Positions 9,493-20,468 are shown, counted from the stretch's first letter. The stretch is 64,000 bases of DNA from Candidatus Binatia bacterium (GCA_963666315.2 CAXXHG010000043.1:640001-704000); one strand, 5' to 3'. Translations and numbers: made by a program. Notes: generated by a model not told the origin, from the letters alone.

Positions 9493-9779
9493 CGTTCTGC
9501 ACGGTCTACGGCGAGGAGGGATTGGCTCGTTCCTTTGAGCTTCACCTTCGTGCGTTTATAGGCGCGAACGTCTCGAGGCAGACCAGGGATCACAAGCCCC
9601 TCGGCATGCAGTCGTTCCAGTGTTTGTTCCGTTGTTCCGACAATAATCTCAGTCGTCGGACGACGAAGCTCAGCAACCACACGACCCCGATCCGTGATCA
9701 AAACGCGTTCCCCCTGCGCGACCTCTCGAAGATAGGCGCTCAGTTTATTTTTTAACTCTTTCACTGCGACAGCTTTCAT
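9489..9779 (-). CDS. Phd/YefM family antitoxin
   Basis: MKAVAVKELKNKLSAYLREVAQGERVLITDRGRVVAEL. Confidence 0.92.
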   Translation of the reverse strand: MKAVAVKELKNKLSAYLREVAQGERVLITDRGRVVAELRRPTTEIIVGTTEQTLERLHAEGLVIPGLPRDVRAYKRTKVKLKGTSQSLLAVDRAER

Positions 9780-9898
9780 GGCGACAAGGGTAGCCCTGCA
9801 TAGCTACTTTAGGCAATAGGCGCAGACGTGGAAATCTTGAAGGGGGCGGTCTATTCACCTCCCTTGCTCACCCCGACTGCTACTGATTCCTTGACCGC

Positions 9899-10677
9899 AT
9901 GTCGGACATCCTCCCTCCTGATGCGGAAAAGGCAGCCTCAGTGCGGGCGATGTTTGATTTGATCGCCCCACGTTACGACAGGCTGAACCGTTGGCTTTCC
10001 CTCGGCCTTGACCAATATTGGCGCTGGAAGACCATCCGAACCATTACCGTTTGTGCTGACGATGTGATTGTAGACCTTACGTGCGGAACCGGAGATTTGA
10101 GCGAACTTGCCGCAGCGACTGGTGCCCAGGTGGTCGACGTTGACTTCGCCCGGAATATGCTCGTCGGTGCAACGCGGCGTCGGATCAACGCCGCCTTTGT
10201 TCACGCAGATGCGCATGCATTACCCTTACTGTCTGCATCCGTTTCGGTTGTCTTGTCCGGCTTTGCCTTACGGAATTCTGTCTCAATCCCAAAAGCGCTC
10301 CAAGAAGCAGCGCGCGTTCTTAAACCAGGCGGCCGCTTGGCTCTGCTTGAGGTTGATACTCCGAGCAATGCTTTCCTGAAATGGGGCACAGCTGCTATTT
10401 TCAGCGTATCGTTCCCATTCTCGGCGGCTTGATCTCAGACAAAAAATCGTATGCCTATTTGCCGCGATCAGTAGTGTATCTGCCGGAGGAAGTCGAGCTG
10501 TTCGAAATGATCGGGGCGGCGGGATTTGGGCGTGTTGTGAAGCAACGTTTATCAGGCGGGGTCGCACAGCTGGTGACTCTGCGGTACGAAAATGAAAGGG
10601 ACGGTGAGAGCCGTCCCTTACGCATATTAGCAATAGCGTTGTTGTATACCGTCGAGCATATGCCACAGTGCCGTTAG
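9899..10677 (+). pseudogene. menG: UbiE/MenG quinone methyltransferase, frameshifted
   Basis: VRAMFDLIAPRYDRLN...DLTCGTGD...RVLKPGG in one frame; YFQRIVPILGG...YAYLPRSV continues in another, shift at tggggcac near 10383. Confidence 0.8.
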
Positions 10678-11040
10678 GGCTTGGTCGCAGGCAGTTGTAA
10701 TCTGGTCTGTCTCATCTGTCTCATCGGGGCTGACCTGCTGCTCAAGAATCCGACGGCTGGTGTCCGCGTGATACTTGTCGGCCTCAAGGTGAACGCGAAA
10801 GAACGCAAGACCGCGTTCATCGTTCACGCCGTAAAACTTCTTGAGTCCGTCGATCTTGGTCTCGGCGATCTCCGGCACTTGGGCCTCATATGCCAGCAAT
10901 GCCGCGGTGCCAACCAGATATGACGAATCGCGAGTGAGAGTTTTAAAGGTAGCAACTAACGCAGCGGTCTCCGGAGCGATCTGTGCATCTAAGGTGCTCA
11001 CGAGAGTGGTTTGATTGTCCATGTCTAACCTCAACCACAT
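10627..11040 (-). pseudogene. CADD/PqqC/TenA-like oxidase, C-terminal half
   Basis: ALLAYEAQVPEIAETKIDGLKKFYG...FFRVHLEADKYH...LWHMLDG; a possible N-terminal remnant lies at about 11450-11548. Confidence 0.75.
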
Positions 11041-11764
11041 AAAATAAATTTTCCGAACGGTTGATCTGTATGCCAGGAATTCATGGCTAAGGAAAGCCCG
11101 GCTCGTTTCCCCTTTTATGGCTGTGAGAAGGAATAAGGTGCTCAAGCACGTGTGGAATCTCCTCGCACGGCACATCTTCCAGCACCCTCCCCCTCTTCTT
11201 CAGTTCTGTATCAGTAGAGACCCGTGGCAGCGTAATGCCTGGGCCAGAAAGATGGACTGAATCCACAAGCTGGGTAAAGCCTAGTGACGAGGGAGGACTA
11301 CCGCGTTTCTTCCGTTTCATCGTGGGGTTTGACAATACGAGCACGATGCCAGATGCCCGCGTCACCGCTGGCACGACAGTCTGGGCAGGCTTCATCCGAG
11401 GCCTGTAAATAGCTTCGGCCATCACACTGACGGCACAAGCCGTTTAGAAGATACAGTTGGTAATAGAAGTTCGTCATATCGTGAACATTGCCAAAAAAGA
11501 TTTGATTTGCTCGATAATGTGGTCAGGGTAGAAGGCCTGGTCTTTCATGCAGATGCTCCTGTATCTGATGTATCGTTACTGCGCTGCTGACGAAGTGTGG
11601 CTGGGGCAGCTTCATACCTGCATCCCTGTCGTCCAAATCGCCTCGTCCTTTGCCTGCAGGAGAATACGCGGCAGCGGCCGCTTGGGTGGTCCGGCAAGTG
11701 GCCGGCCATCGTCAAGCGCAAAAAAGCCTTTTTTGTGAGCCGTTCAGAACACTGGACAGCAAAA

Positions 11765-11850
11765 TGCCCAGTATCAATCTCTACAATGTCATGTATTAAC
11801 AGCATTCGAATGACACGATCAATATTTATCGTATTGTTAAAATAATCCGG
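11765..11850 (-). pseudogene. HD-domain hydrolase fragment
   Basis: NIDRVIRMLLIHDIVEIDTG. Confidence 0.6.
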
Positions 11851-12024
11851 CCCTGAACGCTGCTGGTAGGCGTGCGAAAGAGTCAGTGAGATTGCTAACG
11901 TCGGCTGAAACGCTTGATCGGGAATGTAGCGTCGGCGGGGTTGGATTCATCCTTCCTTGGCGAAAGGTGGTGACTGAATGACACTGATTTTCAGCAATCG
12001 GTCCGCAACTCGACGGGGATTTCG

Positions 12025-12195
12025 ATGAGCACCTTTGAAGAACGTCGTAGAGAGATAATCAAAGCAGGCGAGGGATCCATCCCGCATATGTATCTGGATA
12101 CCGTTGGTAGGGTCACAGTTGCCGTGGGGAATATGATACCTACCGCCGCAGCAGCCGAACCGCTCACGTTTGGCTGGCTGGGAGGGCCGTACTAG
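12025..12195 (+). pseudogene. GH24 phage-type lysozyme N-terminal fragment
   Basis: Manual translation IKAGEGSIPHMYLDTVGRVTVAVG with E-x8-D-x5-T triad; only 56 aa. Confidence 0.65.
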
Positions 12196-13250
12196 GGCAC
12201 TGTCTTGTTGATCACGGCCTGTATCGGGAAGTGGTCGCTGTAGCCCTTCTTTGTCTTCTTGTTGAACCGTTTCGGCCTCTGCTTCCCAGAAGTGGCCATG
12301 ATGGCCGGCCTAAAGATATCGACGGTGGCTGGATCGAGTTGGAGCTTTTGCAAACCGTAGAAGAGTCCGCGGGAAATGATGAACTGATCCAGCACATTCA
12401 TGCTCTTTTTCGCTTCGCTGAAGTAGTAGGTTCCCCGATCTGTTTCCCCGACCAGAGCCCACATGCAGTTAAACAGAGGCGCCTGTAATCCCAGGTATTT
12501 CTTCGCCGTGGGTATCTTGAGAGGAGCATTCTTTTTCACGGGTTCTTCGAGATGATCGACACTGTTGGAGCTCTGCAGATATTCTAGGACGCTTCGATTG
12601 AAGGGTTCGTCGTTGAAGTCGCCCATCAACAGCACGTTCCTATCTCAGCGCTCATTGAGTTTCTTGAGAGATTCCTCCGAGTCCGGCAGGGACAGGAAGT
12701 CCTGCCGTCCCATCTTCAGCTGCCGGTCCACCAGCAAGCCAGCGTGGTCAGCCACACTGAGTCGATAGGGCTCGGTCTTCTCCGTTCCTGCGCTCCGAGA
12801 AGGCCAATGATTGACGAAGACGGTGAGATCCGCGTCATTCTCAAGAACTCTCAGCTGGACTTCGAAGAGGTCCCTCGTCGGGTATCTCTTGTGCACCAGG
12901 TGTGCCACCGCCCCAACCAGGTCGAACACATCCTTGGAGTAGATCAAAGACGTATCGATTCCCCGGATGTCTGGGCTTTCTATATGTGCCAGCCGATAGT
13001 CGGGCCTCCCAACCGCATTCATCAATGTCGTTGCGATTTTTTTGTTCTCGACCTCACAGATGCCCAGAAGGTCGGCGCCTTTCCCGCCGTGCATAAGCAT
13101 GAGGACTTTAGCAAGATTCTCGATCTTCTTGTTGAGCGTAGCCTGGTCCCAACCCTCTGACGAGGTGAACTCCAGATCGGCTGCGATCTCGGACGCAGTA
13201 GTGTCGAAGAGATTCTGCAGATTCCAAAATGCTGTTGTTATTTCCGTCAT
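12192..13250 (-). pseudogene. Endonuclease/exonuclease/phosphatase family protein split by in-frame TGA (12645-12647)
   Basis: FWNLQNLFD, CEVEN, DIRGID, NHWPSR, then in the same frame MGDFND...SDHFP. Confidence 0.85.
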
Positions 13251-13324
13251 AGTTGGCCTCCTTCCCTCATTCCGGAGCGAGCTTCAGCCCTCGTTCACTC
13301 TCCACGTTCCCACCCGTAATGCGC

Positions 13325-13419
13325 GGCGCTCGACATCGCGGCATACCGTCAGATCATGTTCATTCCGCGCGATGAGCAATATACGTATCCCCTTTTATGC
13401 TCCGTGGCACTCTAGGCAT
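13325..13419 (-). mobile_element. RAYT (REP-associated tyrosine transposase) remnant
   Basis: MPRVPRS... joined out of frame to EHDLTVCRDVER (compare RAYT-type DEHLLTVCRYVER); cctgacccc motif at 13470-13478. Confidence 0.45.
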
Positions 13420-13457
13420 TATTCCCAAATGCTAGGTATATAGCATTTGGGAATAAT
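13418..13457. repeat. Perfect 17-bp inverted repeat
   Basis: attattcccaaatgcta-ggtata-tagcatttgggaataat. Confidence 0.9.
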
Positions 13458-13502
13458 CAATTAATCATACCTGACCCCGCTCTCAAGCAGCGTCCCATAT
13501 CA

Positions 13503-13715
13503 CTATCCATTTTTTCGTTCCTTAAATTTCTGAGGAACCTTAAATCCTAATACACCAAGAACCATAGTTATAGTTTGCCATTCAGGTTTCCATATACCAT
13601 CAGTAAAGACTGCATGCCCCCAATCTACAAGAGTACCTATTGTTGCGAGGAGTGCGTACAATCGAGAACTACTAAATTGACCATTATTTTCCGGCAAAAA
13701 TTCCAAAATTTTCGT
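13503..13715 (-). pseudogene. Small two-TM phage holin-like protein, low GC
   Basis: EFLPENNGQFSSSRL plus two hydrophobic segments and basic tail; GGAGG RBS precedes ACG (possibly a mutated ATG). Confidence 0.45.
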
Positions 13716-14076
13716 TTTATCGCCTCCAAAAACTAGTCAGAAAATTGTGATGTATCTCTAGTAGCGCCTCCTACCCTGTGTGATGTAGCGAGGGCGGTCG
13801 CACACAAGCCGATCGCGTAAACGCTTTGCCCTACGCGGCTCAGAGCAGACGGTCGATCGAATCCGCAGAGCAGACCTCGACACACTCCTCTCATCCTTTG
13901 CCAACCTCTTCTCCTGCGGCGGTCCACTGACACAAGGATAGGCTCCCATCGTCTCCAGGTCATGAGATTCCTGTAAGATTTTTGTGAGAGAAGGAGAAAG
14001 GAGGAAAGGCTGAGACACTCAAGTGCGTTCAGTCGCAAAAGGCCGTGGCATTTGTCGCTCTTTCTTCAAAGACAAC

Positions 14077-14763
14077 TTAGCTGCTGAAAAGCCGGACAGG
14101 CAGATAGGCGTGCTGCATGGCGTGTATGTCCGCCAGTGGAGCAAAAGCCCCCATCTCTTCGAGATCGCACTCCAGGGCTTCATCAACTAACGCAGATAAG
14201 TGTGGACGAAGCTCGATGAGTATCCGCTGTGCTGCGGTGTGCCCGAGACAGCCCAGCCGCAAGGCTGCGCCCAAGAAGCTGACCATGAAGGTATACAGCA
14301 GGACGATGCCACCTGCGCGCTGGGGTATGTCCCATACTACGCACAGAAGACCCATGCTCACTGCGCTATTGCCGGCAGTCTTGCCTGCGCGTACGTCGGT
14401 GAGAAACATTTGCAGCAGGGGGGCTTGGACGAGCGGGCCGAGCGTTTCAAGCAGGGCTCTGCCCGAACGCGCAGAACCTGTGCGGAGCTCTTGGGGCAGC
14501 ACAGAAGCGCTCAGGCAGTGATCAATAGTCTGCAAGCGGACAATATCTTCCTCCGCCGCAGCCTGGTAAGCATGCATGTACGCAACCAGGTCGAATCGAG
14601 CAATTTTGCTCAGCACATAGTCTTCGAGGAGTTGTGCGATGTCGGTATCGGACGCTGGCTGCCGGCTGATAAAGGCTTCGAGACCGTGCGATAAGGTCAC
14701 CATGCCAGACGGGAAAAAGGAGTCTGCCAGCTGCAGCGCGGCCATGAGTGCTGCGTCGTCCAT
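14077..14763 (-). CDS. ureF: Urease accessory protein UreF
   Basis: LQLADSFFPSG...SHGLE; C-terminal H...RLFSS. Confidence 0.95.
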   Translation of the reverse strand: MDDAALMAALQLADSFFPSGMVTLSHGLEAFISRQPASDTDIAQLLEDYVLSKIARFDLVAYMHAYQAAAEEDIVRLQTIDHCLSASVLPQELRTGSARSGRALLETLGPLVQAPLLQMFLTDVRAGKTAGNSAVSMGLLCVVWDIPQRAGGIVLLYTFMVSFLGAALRLGCLGHTAAQRILIELRPHLSALVDEALECDLEEMGAFAPLADIHAMQHAYLPVRLFSS

Positions 14764-14766
14764 GGA

Positions 14767-15261
14767 TTAGTCTTGTGGCCAGGCGCGTTGCTCGTAGTGC
14801 AGCGTAAAGCGTTCAGTCAGGTGGTGCGTGCGCAGTACGGTTTCCATGACGGCCCGGCCTAAGGTGACCGGTACCAGAATCTGTTCTCCGACAACGGCGA
14901 TCGGCCAGTGTTGATTGCCGAGTACGTGCCCGAGACGCACAGCCCACTTGAGACCCTCGGCTGCATCGGTATGCGGCTGTGGGCTGAGGACCATCACCTC
15001 TTGGAGCGAGATGTGGACAAGCAATCCGCCTGCCTCGTCCTTGAGGCCGAAAACGTCTCCATCGGCGATGGTTGTCCCGCGCGGCAACACGAAACCGATC
15101 TCCCGCTTGCCGGCCGTAAGCAAACGGAAGCGGCTCTTGTGCGCGTGGCGTTCTTCGATGTAGATTTCCTCCAACTGTCCGGTCTGCTGCCACTCACGGA
15201 CTGTGGTAGCGAGTTTCCGATCAGTATGGATATTGCCCAGACGGTGACTCACGCGCAGCAT
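14767..15261 (-). CDS. ureE: Urease accessory protein UreE (no His-rich tail)
   Basis: KSRFRL...LPRGT.IADGD, GHVLGNQHWP. Confidence 0.9.
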   Translation of the reverse strand: MLRVSHRLGNIHTDRKLATTVREWQQTGQLEEIYIEERHAHKSRFRLLTAGKREIGFVLPRGTTIADGDVFGLKDEAGGLLVHISLQEVMVLSPQPHTDAAEGLKWAVRLGHVLGNQHWPIAVVGEQILVPVTLGRAVMETVLRTHHLTERFTLHYEQRAWPQD

Positions 15262-15300
15262 CGATTTGCTCCATAAAATACTTGACATTTCTTGAAAATA

Positions 15301-16284
15301 TTACTTGAGAAATTGTGTTGCCGGAACGCCGAGGTGACGCAGGCGGAGCTGATGCCGGGCCATATGCAGGACACGCCGTACCGCTCGGACATCTGAGCCG
15401 ACGACCTTGACGCATAGGCCCCGGTCTTGTGGCAGCAGCGTCGTGCCGCATATCGTGCGTGGTTCGGAAGAGAGCTGATCGTGTACTTCGCGAGCCCAGA
15501 CGGCAGGCACGTGCGGACCAATGAAAAATGCCTGTCCCCACACATGATGCTGAGCGAGAATACCCGGCCCGGTGGTCGGATAGAGGGCGGGCAGTACCAG
15601 GCTGTGGTCACGCACGAGCAGTCTGCCGTTGTCGTCGGTAACCCGTAGGCTTGTTGTGAGTGCATCTAAAGTTGCACCATCAGCGCGGGGATAGGCCAGA
15701 AAGATATCAGCCGAAAAAAAGCTTGCTTCTGCTCCCAGCTGAATCTGCAGTTGCTGTCCGAATCGAGATCCGGGAAAAAGGATCGTCGGCTCGGGACAAT
15801 ATTCGGCATAGGCGCCAGCGTCCAAGGCGAAAGAAATGCGCTGTAGGGCACAGTTTGCGGTCATAGTGTGAATTTTCTCTGCGGCTTGGTTTGTAATATG
15901 GACCTGAGCGGCAGAGTCTAGAGTAAAACACAGACGTGCCCGGTCGCCTTGAATAAAACCACCGGCTGGAGTTTGGACGTATACGACGGCCATGTCCGGT
16001 AGGGCAGGGTCTAAATACCAAGGGTGGGTCAGGTGAAAGGGGTGTGAGACAAACGTATGCTGCAGGCGTGTTTTTCCGGATTTGGTGCTGAAGCTCAACC
16101 GACACTCGCCACACTTGCCGACAGAACCGGCAGGACGCTGATCGAGCGGCTCCTCCAAATAGACGCGGAAAGGACGTGGCCAGGAAAGGACGTCGTCTAT
16201 AGGCGTTGCTGGTAATCGGCAACTCGTGGGTTGTGGCATAGGGACAAGGGCAGCTAGGCAAAGAGCAATTCGTGTTCGATCCAC
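15301..16284 (-). CDS. ureD: Urease accessory protein UreD/UreH
   Basis: [29 protein letters not shown]. Confidence 0.92.
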   Translation of the reverse strand: MDRTRIALCLAALVPMPQPTSCRLPATPIDDVLSWPRPFRVYLEEPLDQRPAGSVGKCGECRLSFSTKSGKTRLQHTFVSHPFHLTHPWYLDPALPDMAVVYVQTPAGGFIQGDRARLCFTLDSAAQVHITNQAAEKIHTMTANCALQRISFALDAGAYAEYCPEPTILFPGSRFGQQLQIQLGAEASFFSADIFLAYPRADGATLDALTTSLRVTDDNGRLLVRDHSLVLPALYPTTGPGILAQHHVWGQAFFIGPHVPAVWAREVHDQLSSEPRTICGTTLLPQDRGLCVKVVGSDVRAVRRVLHMARHQLRLRHLGVPATQFLK

Positions 16285-16871
16285 GCCCCTACTGCAGCAA
16301 TGCCCTGGCCGGTCTTACAGTTGGTAAAAAGATACGGTCGTAGCCCTCGGACATGTTGCGCATCGCGTGCCATGACTTCGAGGTCGGCACCTACGTACGG
16401 GGCCAGGTCGGTCTTGTTAATGACCAACAGGTCGGAGCGCGTAATCCCCAAGCCTTGTTTGCGGGGGATATCATCTCCTCCCGCAACATCAATGACAAAG
16501 ACAAAGGCGTCCGCAAGTTCGGGTGAGTAGGTTGATGAGAGATTGTCTCCTCCACTTTCCAGGATGATGAGGTCCAGGGCCGGGAACTGCGCTTCCAATT
16601 GTCGTACGGCTTCCAGGTTCATGGTTGGATCTTCGCGGATCACGGTATGCGGGCACCCGCCGGTCTCAACGCCGACGATCCGCTCTGGTGCCAAGAAACC
16701 GCGCCTGCGCAGCCGATCCGCGTCCTCCTGAGTCAGAATGTCATTTGTGACAATGGCGACCTGCTTATTCTGTTGCTGCAGATAGGGTACCAGTTGCTCA
16801 ATCAGGGCCGTCTTCCCCGAGCCGACCGGCCCTCCGACTCCCAGGCGTGGAACCTCTGTTTGTGCTGTCAT
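16254..16871 (-). CDS. ureG: Urease accessory GTPase UreG
   Basis: [28 protein letters not shown]. Confidence 0.97.
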   Translation of the reverse strand: MTAQTEVPRLGVGGPVGSGKTALIEQLVPYLQQQNKQVAIVTNDILTQEDADRLRRRGFLAPERIVGVETGGCPHTVIREDPTMNLEAVRQLEAQFPALDLIILESGGDNLSSTYSPELADAFVFVIDVAGGDDIPRKQGLGITRSDLLVINKTDLAPYVGADLEVMARDAQHVRGLRPYLFTNCKTGQGIAAVGAWIEHELLFA

Positions 16872-16901
16872 ATCTTTGCTCCGTACTGAGACTGTCCTTC
16901 T

Positions 16902-17339
16902 TTACGCATCTTTCCCCGCTTCTTCCGCTTCTTCCGCTTCTTCCGCCGATGAGAGAAAACCCTGCTCCGAGGCTCTCTTGAGCGCTTGTTGGCGGACGGT
17001 CGCATCCTGGGTGTCGCCGTCAGTCAGACTGTTCAAGCCCAGGACTATACGTTGTCCACCGAACGGGACGAGGCTGACGTCTTTCTCTTCTCCAGGCTCA
17101 AACCGAACTGCCGTACCAGCTGGAATGTTCAAGTGTAGACCAAAGGCGGCGCTACGATCAAAACGCAAAGCTCTATTGGCTTCGAAGAAATGATAATGAG
17201 AGCCGACCTGAATGGGGCGATCACCGGTATTGACAACAACCAGAGATTGAGTCGGGCGTCCGGCGTTTAAAGTGAGCGAACCTGCTGCCGGGAGTATCTC
17301 TCCCGGTATTATCGTGTGTGTTGTGTTCTCCGAAGACAT
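16902..17339 (-). CDS. ureB: Urease beta subunit
   Basis: [35 protein letters not shown]. Confidence 0.97.
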   Translation of the reverse strand: MSSENTTHTIIPGEILPAAGSLTLNAGRPTQSLVVVNTGDRPIQVGSHYHFFEANRALRFDRSAAFGLHLNIPAGTAVRFEPGEEKDVSLVPFGGQRIVLGLNSLTDGDTQDATVRQQALKRASEQGFLSSAEEAEEAEEAGKDA

Positions 17340-17398
17340 ACGATTCCTCTCTTGCTTCTTGCAAGCACTGTTTCTATTTGCCACGTACACGTTCCCAA

Positions 17399-17414
17399 CG
17401 CAAGAATCCTGCCT
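17399..17414 (-). promoter_or_regulatory. sigma54 promoter for ureB-ureGDEF
   Basis: AGGCAGGATTCTTGCG (GG-N10-GC); NtrC-like sites TGC-N11-GCC at 17466-17482 and TGT-N11-GCA at 17498-17514. Confidence 0.65.
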
Positions 17415-17682
17415 GCCCTGTATGAGGTGAAAAATGGGCGCGGAGTACGGTTTGTTATATGCAGGTGCCGAAATTATAAGCCTGAGAATCAACACCCTGT
17501 GCTAAAACACAGCAGATTACTGACTGGCGAACGCAGCCCAGTGTCACGTCATCTTAATGTTTACGGAGTTGAAATACGGTCGTGAGGTGTGCCTGGCGCT
17601 TTGATAAGGTTGTATTTATTTGGGACTAGCCGTTTCTGATCTGTGTCGAAAATCACTCTCATTTTTCATTCTTACTTGCTGT

Positions 17683-17698
17683 TGGCCCCCCTTTTGCT
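17683..17698 (+). promoter_or_regulatory. sigma54 promoter for porin-urtABCDE-ureAC
   Basis: TGGCCCCCCTTTTGCT. Confidence 0.7.
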
Positions 17699-17743
17699 CC
17701 TTTCCGTCTCCGCAAGTGCCTCGTTTTCAGTGGAGAGAAAGGA

Positions 17744-19054
17744 GTGAAAGGCTTTATGAAAGAAAGAAGAGGAATCGCCCTCATCGCAGGAATGTGTCTT
17801 GCTTTCGGAGGTTTTGTCGGCGCCCCGACCACCCCCGTGCTGGCATCTGGAGATGAGCTCGGCGAGCTGCGCCAGCTGCTCGCCGAGCAGCACAAGGTCA
17901 TGCAGGCGTTGGAGAGTCGCATGATCGAGCTCGAATCCAAAGAAATAGAGCGAGACGAAAAAGGGGTAGATTTCGGTTACGCTGCCGGGACACGAAAAAA
18001 AGGCTTTGCGGCGGAAGACGTGTATGACAACGGCTTCTTCATACGTAGTAAAGATGACCGGTTCTCGCTGAACGTCAACGGGTTCATTCAGGCCAGATAT
18101 ACGTTGACGGCCCCGGATGAAGGGAAAAGTCGAAATAACTTCGACCTTGCCCTCGGCCGGTTAGCGTTCTCGGGCAATGTATTTGATCCCAAGGTGAAAT
18201 ATTTCTTTCAGTATGAAGGAACTACATTCGGGAATAACAACCGCGCAACCATGCTCGACTGGTGGATGCAGTACAGTTACTCCCAGTACTTAAATGTGCA
18301 AGCGGGGCGTTTCATCCTGCCCTATAGTCGCCAATTCTATACTCATCCGGGTAATTTGTTGTTTACAGATTTGTCTGAAGCGGACTATGCGTTCAACTTG
18401 CAACGGGCGGTTGGTGCGAATATCAGCGGAAAAGTTGGCCGTCTGTCCTACCACGGTGTAGTGACCAACAGTATTCGGGCACTGGATGCTGGGGGACAGC
18501 AGAATACCGGAGCAGAGGTCGCTTGGCAGGGTCGCTTAGAATACGACATCCTCGACTCGTATGGCTATCTGGAAAGCTCACCCACCCCAGCCTCAACACC
18601 GCAGCTGTCGATTGGAATCGCGGCGGCCTTCAATCCGGTTGACGAGGGATCGCGCTTTCAGAACGTGATGCCCGGTGACCGAACGACCAATGTCACCATA
18701 GACGGCGGATTTCGCTATCTGGGCTTAAGCCTGCAGGCCGCCGGGTATTTTCGCAGGAATAATTATGCAGCCATTAGCGCGATCGGCCATGACTGGGGCT
18801 ATTATGGTCAGATCGGCTATTACATCACTGAAAACTTAGAGCTGGCCGGCCGGGTATCTGGCGTAGATTTTCAGTTTGCCAATAACCCCCGCACAGGTGG
18901 TGACGTGCGCGAGTATATGGCCGGCTTCAACTACTATCTGTATGGCCACAATGTCAAACTGCAGGTGGACTACAGTTACCTGGACGGTGATCCGTTCTTC
19001 GGTAATAGCACGCATACAAATCGTCTTCGTATTCAGACCCAAGTTTTATTCTAA
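17744..19054 (+). CDS. OprO/OprP-like outer membrane porin
   Basis: Signal peptide, short coiled coil, GFFIRS.D..FSL...Q.RY, alternating beta strands, C-terminal F. Confidence 0.85.
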   Translation: MKGFMKERRGIALIAGMCLAFGGFVGAPTTPVLASGDELGELRQLLAEQHKVMQALESRMIELESKEIERDEKGVDFGYAAGTRKKGFAAEDVYDNGFFIRSKDDRFSLNVNGFIQARYTLTAPDEGKSRNNFDLALGRLAFSGNVFDPKVKYFFQYEGTTFGNNNRATMLDWWMQYSYSQYLNVQAGRFILPYSRQFYTHPGNLLFTDLSEADYAFNLQRAVGANISGKVGRLSYHGVVTNSIRALDAGGQQNTGAEVAWQGRLEYDILDSYGYLESSPTPASTPQLSIGIAAAFNPVDEGSRFQNVMPGDRTTNVTIDGGFRYLGLSLQAAGYFRRNNYAAISAIGHDWGYYGQIGYYITENLELAGRVSGVDFQFANNPRTGGDVREYMAGFNYYLYGHNVKLQVDYSYLDGDPFFGNSTHTNRLRIQTQVLF

Positions 19055-19082
19055 AAGTACAAAACAGAGGAGGAAAAAGAAG

Positions 19083-20429
19083 ATGGGAGCACGTTTGTAT
19101 ACCCCAAGCTTTTTCGGTTCTTTACGTTCTTTATGGCGCACCCATTCGCGGAGTGCCGTCGTCGTGCTTGGAGCCCTTATCTACGCATTGACCACGGCAG
19201 CCGTCGTCCGGGCAGCCGACCCGATCAAAGTCGGTATTCTGCACTCGCTCAGTGGGACCATGGCGATCAGTGAAACCTCGCTGAAAGACGTGGCGTTAAT
19301 GACGATCGAAGAGATCAACGATAATGGCGGGGTGCTTGGACGCCAGATCGAGCCTGTTGTTGTAGACCCGGCCTCAGACTGGCCGTTGTTTGCTGAGAAG
19401 GCTCGGGGACTGATTCAACAGGAGAAAGTCGCGGTGGTGTTTGGCTGCTGGACCTCAGTGTCACGAAAATCTGTCTTGCCGGTGTTTGAAGAGCTGAACG
19501 GCCTGCTCTTCTACCCGGTTCAGTATGAAGGCGAGGAGTCCTCGTACAACGTCTTCTACACCGGTGCCGCCCCAAACCAGCAAGCCATCCCTGCGGTTGA
19601 GTATTTAATGAGCGAAGACGGTGGGGGGGCCGAGCGGTTTGTGCTCCTGGGAACCGACTATGTCTATCCACGCACCACCAATAAGATTCTCAACTACTTT
19701 CTGGAATCTAAAGGGGTCGCGAAAAAAGACATTATGGAGCTGTACACCCCCTTTGGTCATAGCGACTATCAGACCATAGTGGCGGATATTAAGAAGTTCG
19801 CCGCGGGCAAGCCAACGGCGGTGGTTTCGACCATTAACGGCGACTCGAACGTGCCGTTCTACAAAGAACTTGCCAACCAGGGTCTGAAGGCAGAGGACAT
19901 TCCGGTTATTGCGTTTTCGGTCGGCGAAGAAGAGTTGCGAGGGATTGATACCAAGCCGCTGGTGGGTCATCTGGCTGCATGGAACTACTTCATGTCGGTG
20001 GATACGCCGGAAAATAAAGAGTTCGTGGCGAAGTGGAACGCATATGTCAAGAAACACGACCTCCCTGGTGGAGCCAAACGTGTGACAAATGACCCGATGG
20101 AGGCGACCTATATCGGCATCAAGATGTGGGCCCAGGCGGTGGAACAGGCGGGCACGACGGACGTAGATGCCGTCCGCCAGGCGGTCGGGGGTCAGGTCGT
20201 TCGTGCCCCGTCCGGTTTTGATATTACGATGGACGCCAAGAACCATCACCTGCACAAGCCGGTCTTAATTGCCGAGGTACAGGCAGACGGTCAATTCGAC
20301 ATCGTCTGGAATACCGAGGGACCCGTCCGGGCCCAAGCCTGGAGCCCTTTTATTCCAGATAGTGCCAAGAAGGTGGCTGACTGGACGTACCCCTGGGTGT
20401 GCGGTAATTGTACCGAGCCCAGATTCTAG
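19083..20429 (+). CDS. urtA: Urea ABC transporter substrate-binding protein
   Basis: IKVGILHSLSGTMAISE, FGCWTSVSRK, YPVQYEG, TINGDSN. Confidence 0.97.
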   Translation: MGARLYTPSFFGSLRSLWRTHSRSAVVVLGALIYALTTAAVVRAADPIKVGILHSLSGTMAISETSLKDVALMTIEEINDNGGVLGRQIEPVVVDPASDWPLFAEKARGLIQQEKVAVVFGCWTSVSRKSVLPVFEELNGLLFYPVQYEGEESSYNVFYTGAAPNQQAIPAVEYLMSEDGGGAERFVLLGTDYVYPRTTNKILNYFLESKGVAKKDIMELYTPFGHSDYQTIVADIKKFAAGKPTAVVSTINGDSNVPFYKELANQGLKAEDIPVIAFSVGEEELRGIDTKPLVGHLAAWNYFMSVDTPENKEFVAKWNAYVKKHDLPGGAKRVTNDPMEATYIGIKMWAQAVEQAGTTDVDAVRQAVGGQVVRAPSGFDITMDAKNHHLHKPVLIAEVQADGQFDIVWNTEGPVRAQAWSPFIPDSAKKVADWTYPWVCGNCTEPRF

Positions 20430-20468
20430 CCTACCGAACTTAGATCAACTCGATTCGGAGGGAGAGAT

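Noticed and set aside
13733-14060. tRNA/ncRNA or gene downstream of ureF
   Set aside because: No cloverleaf, known motif or credible ORF recognised.
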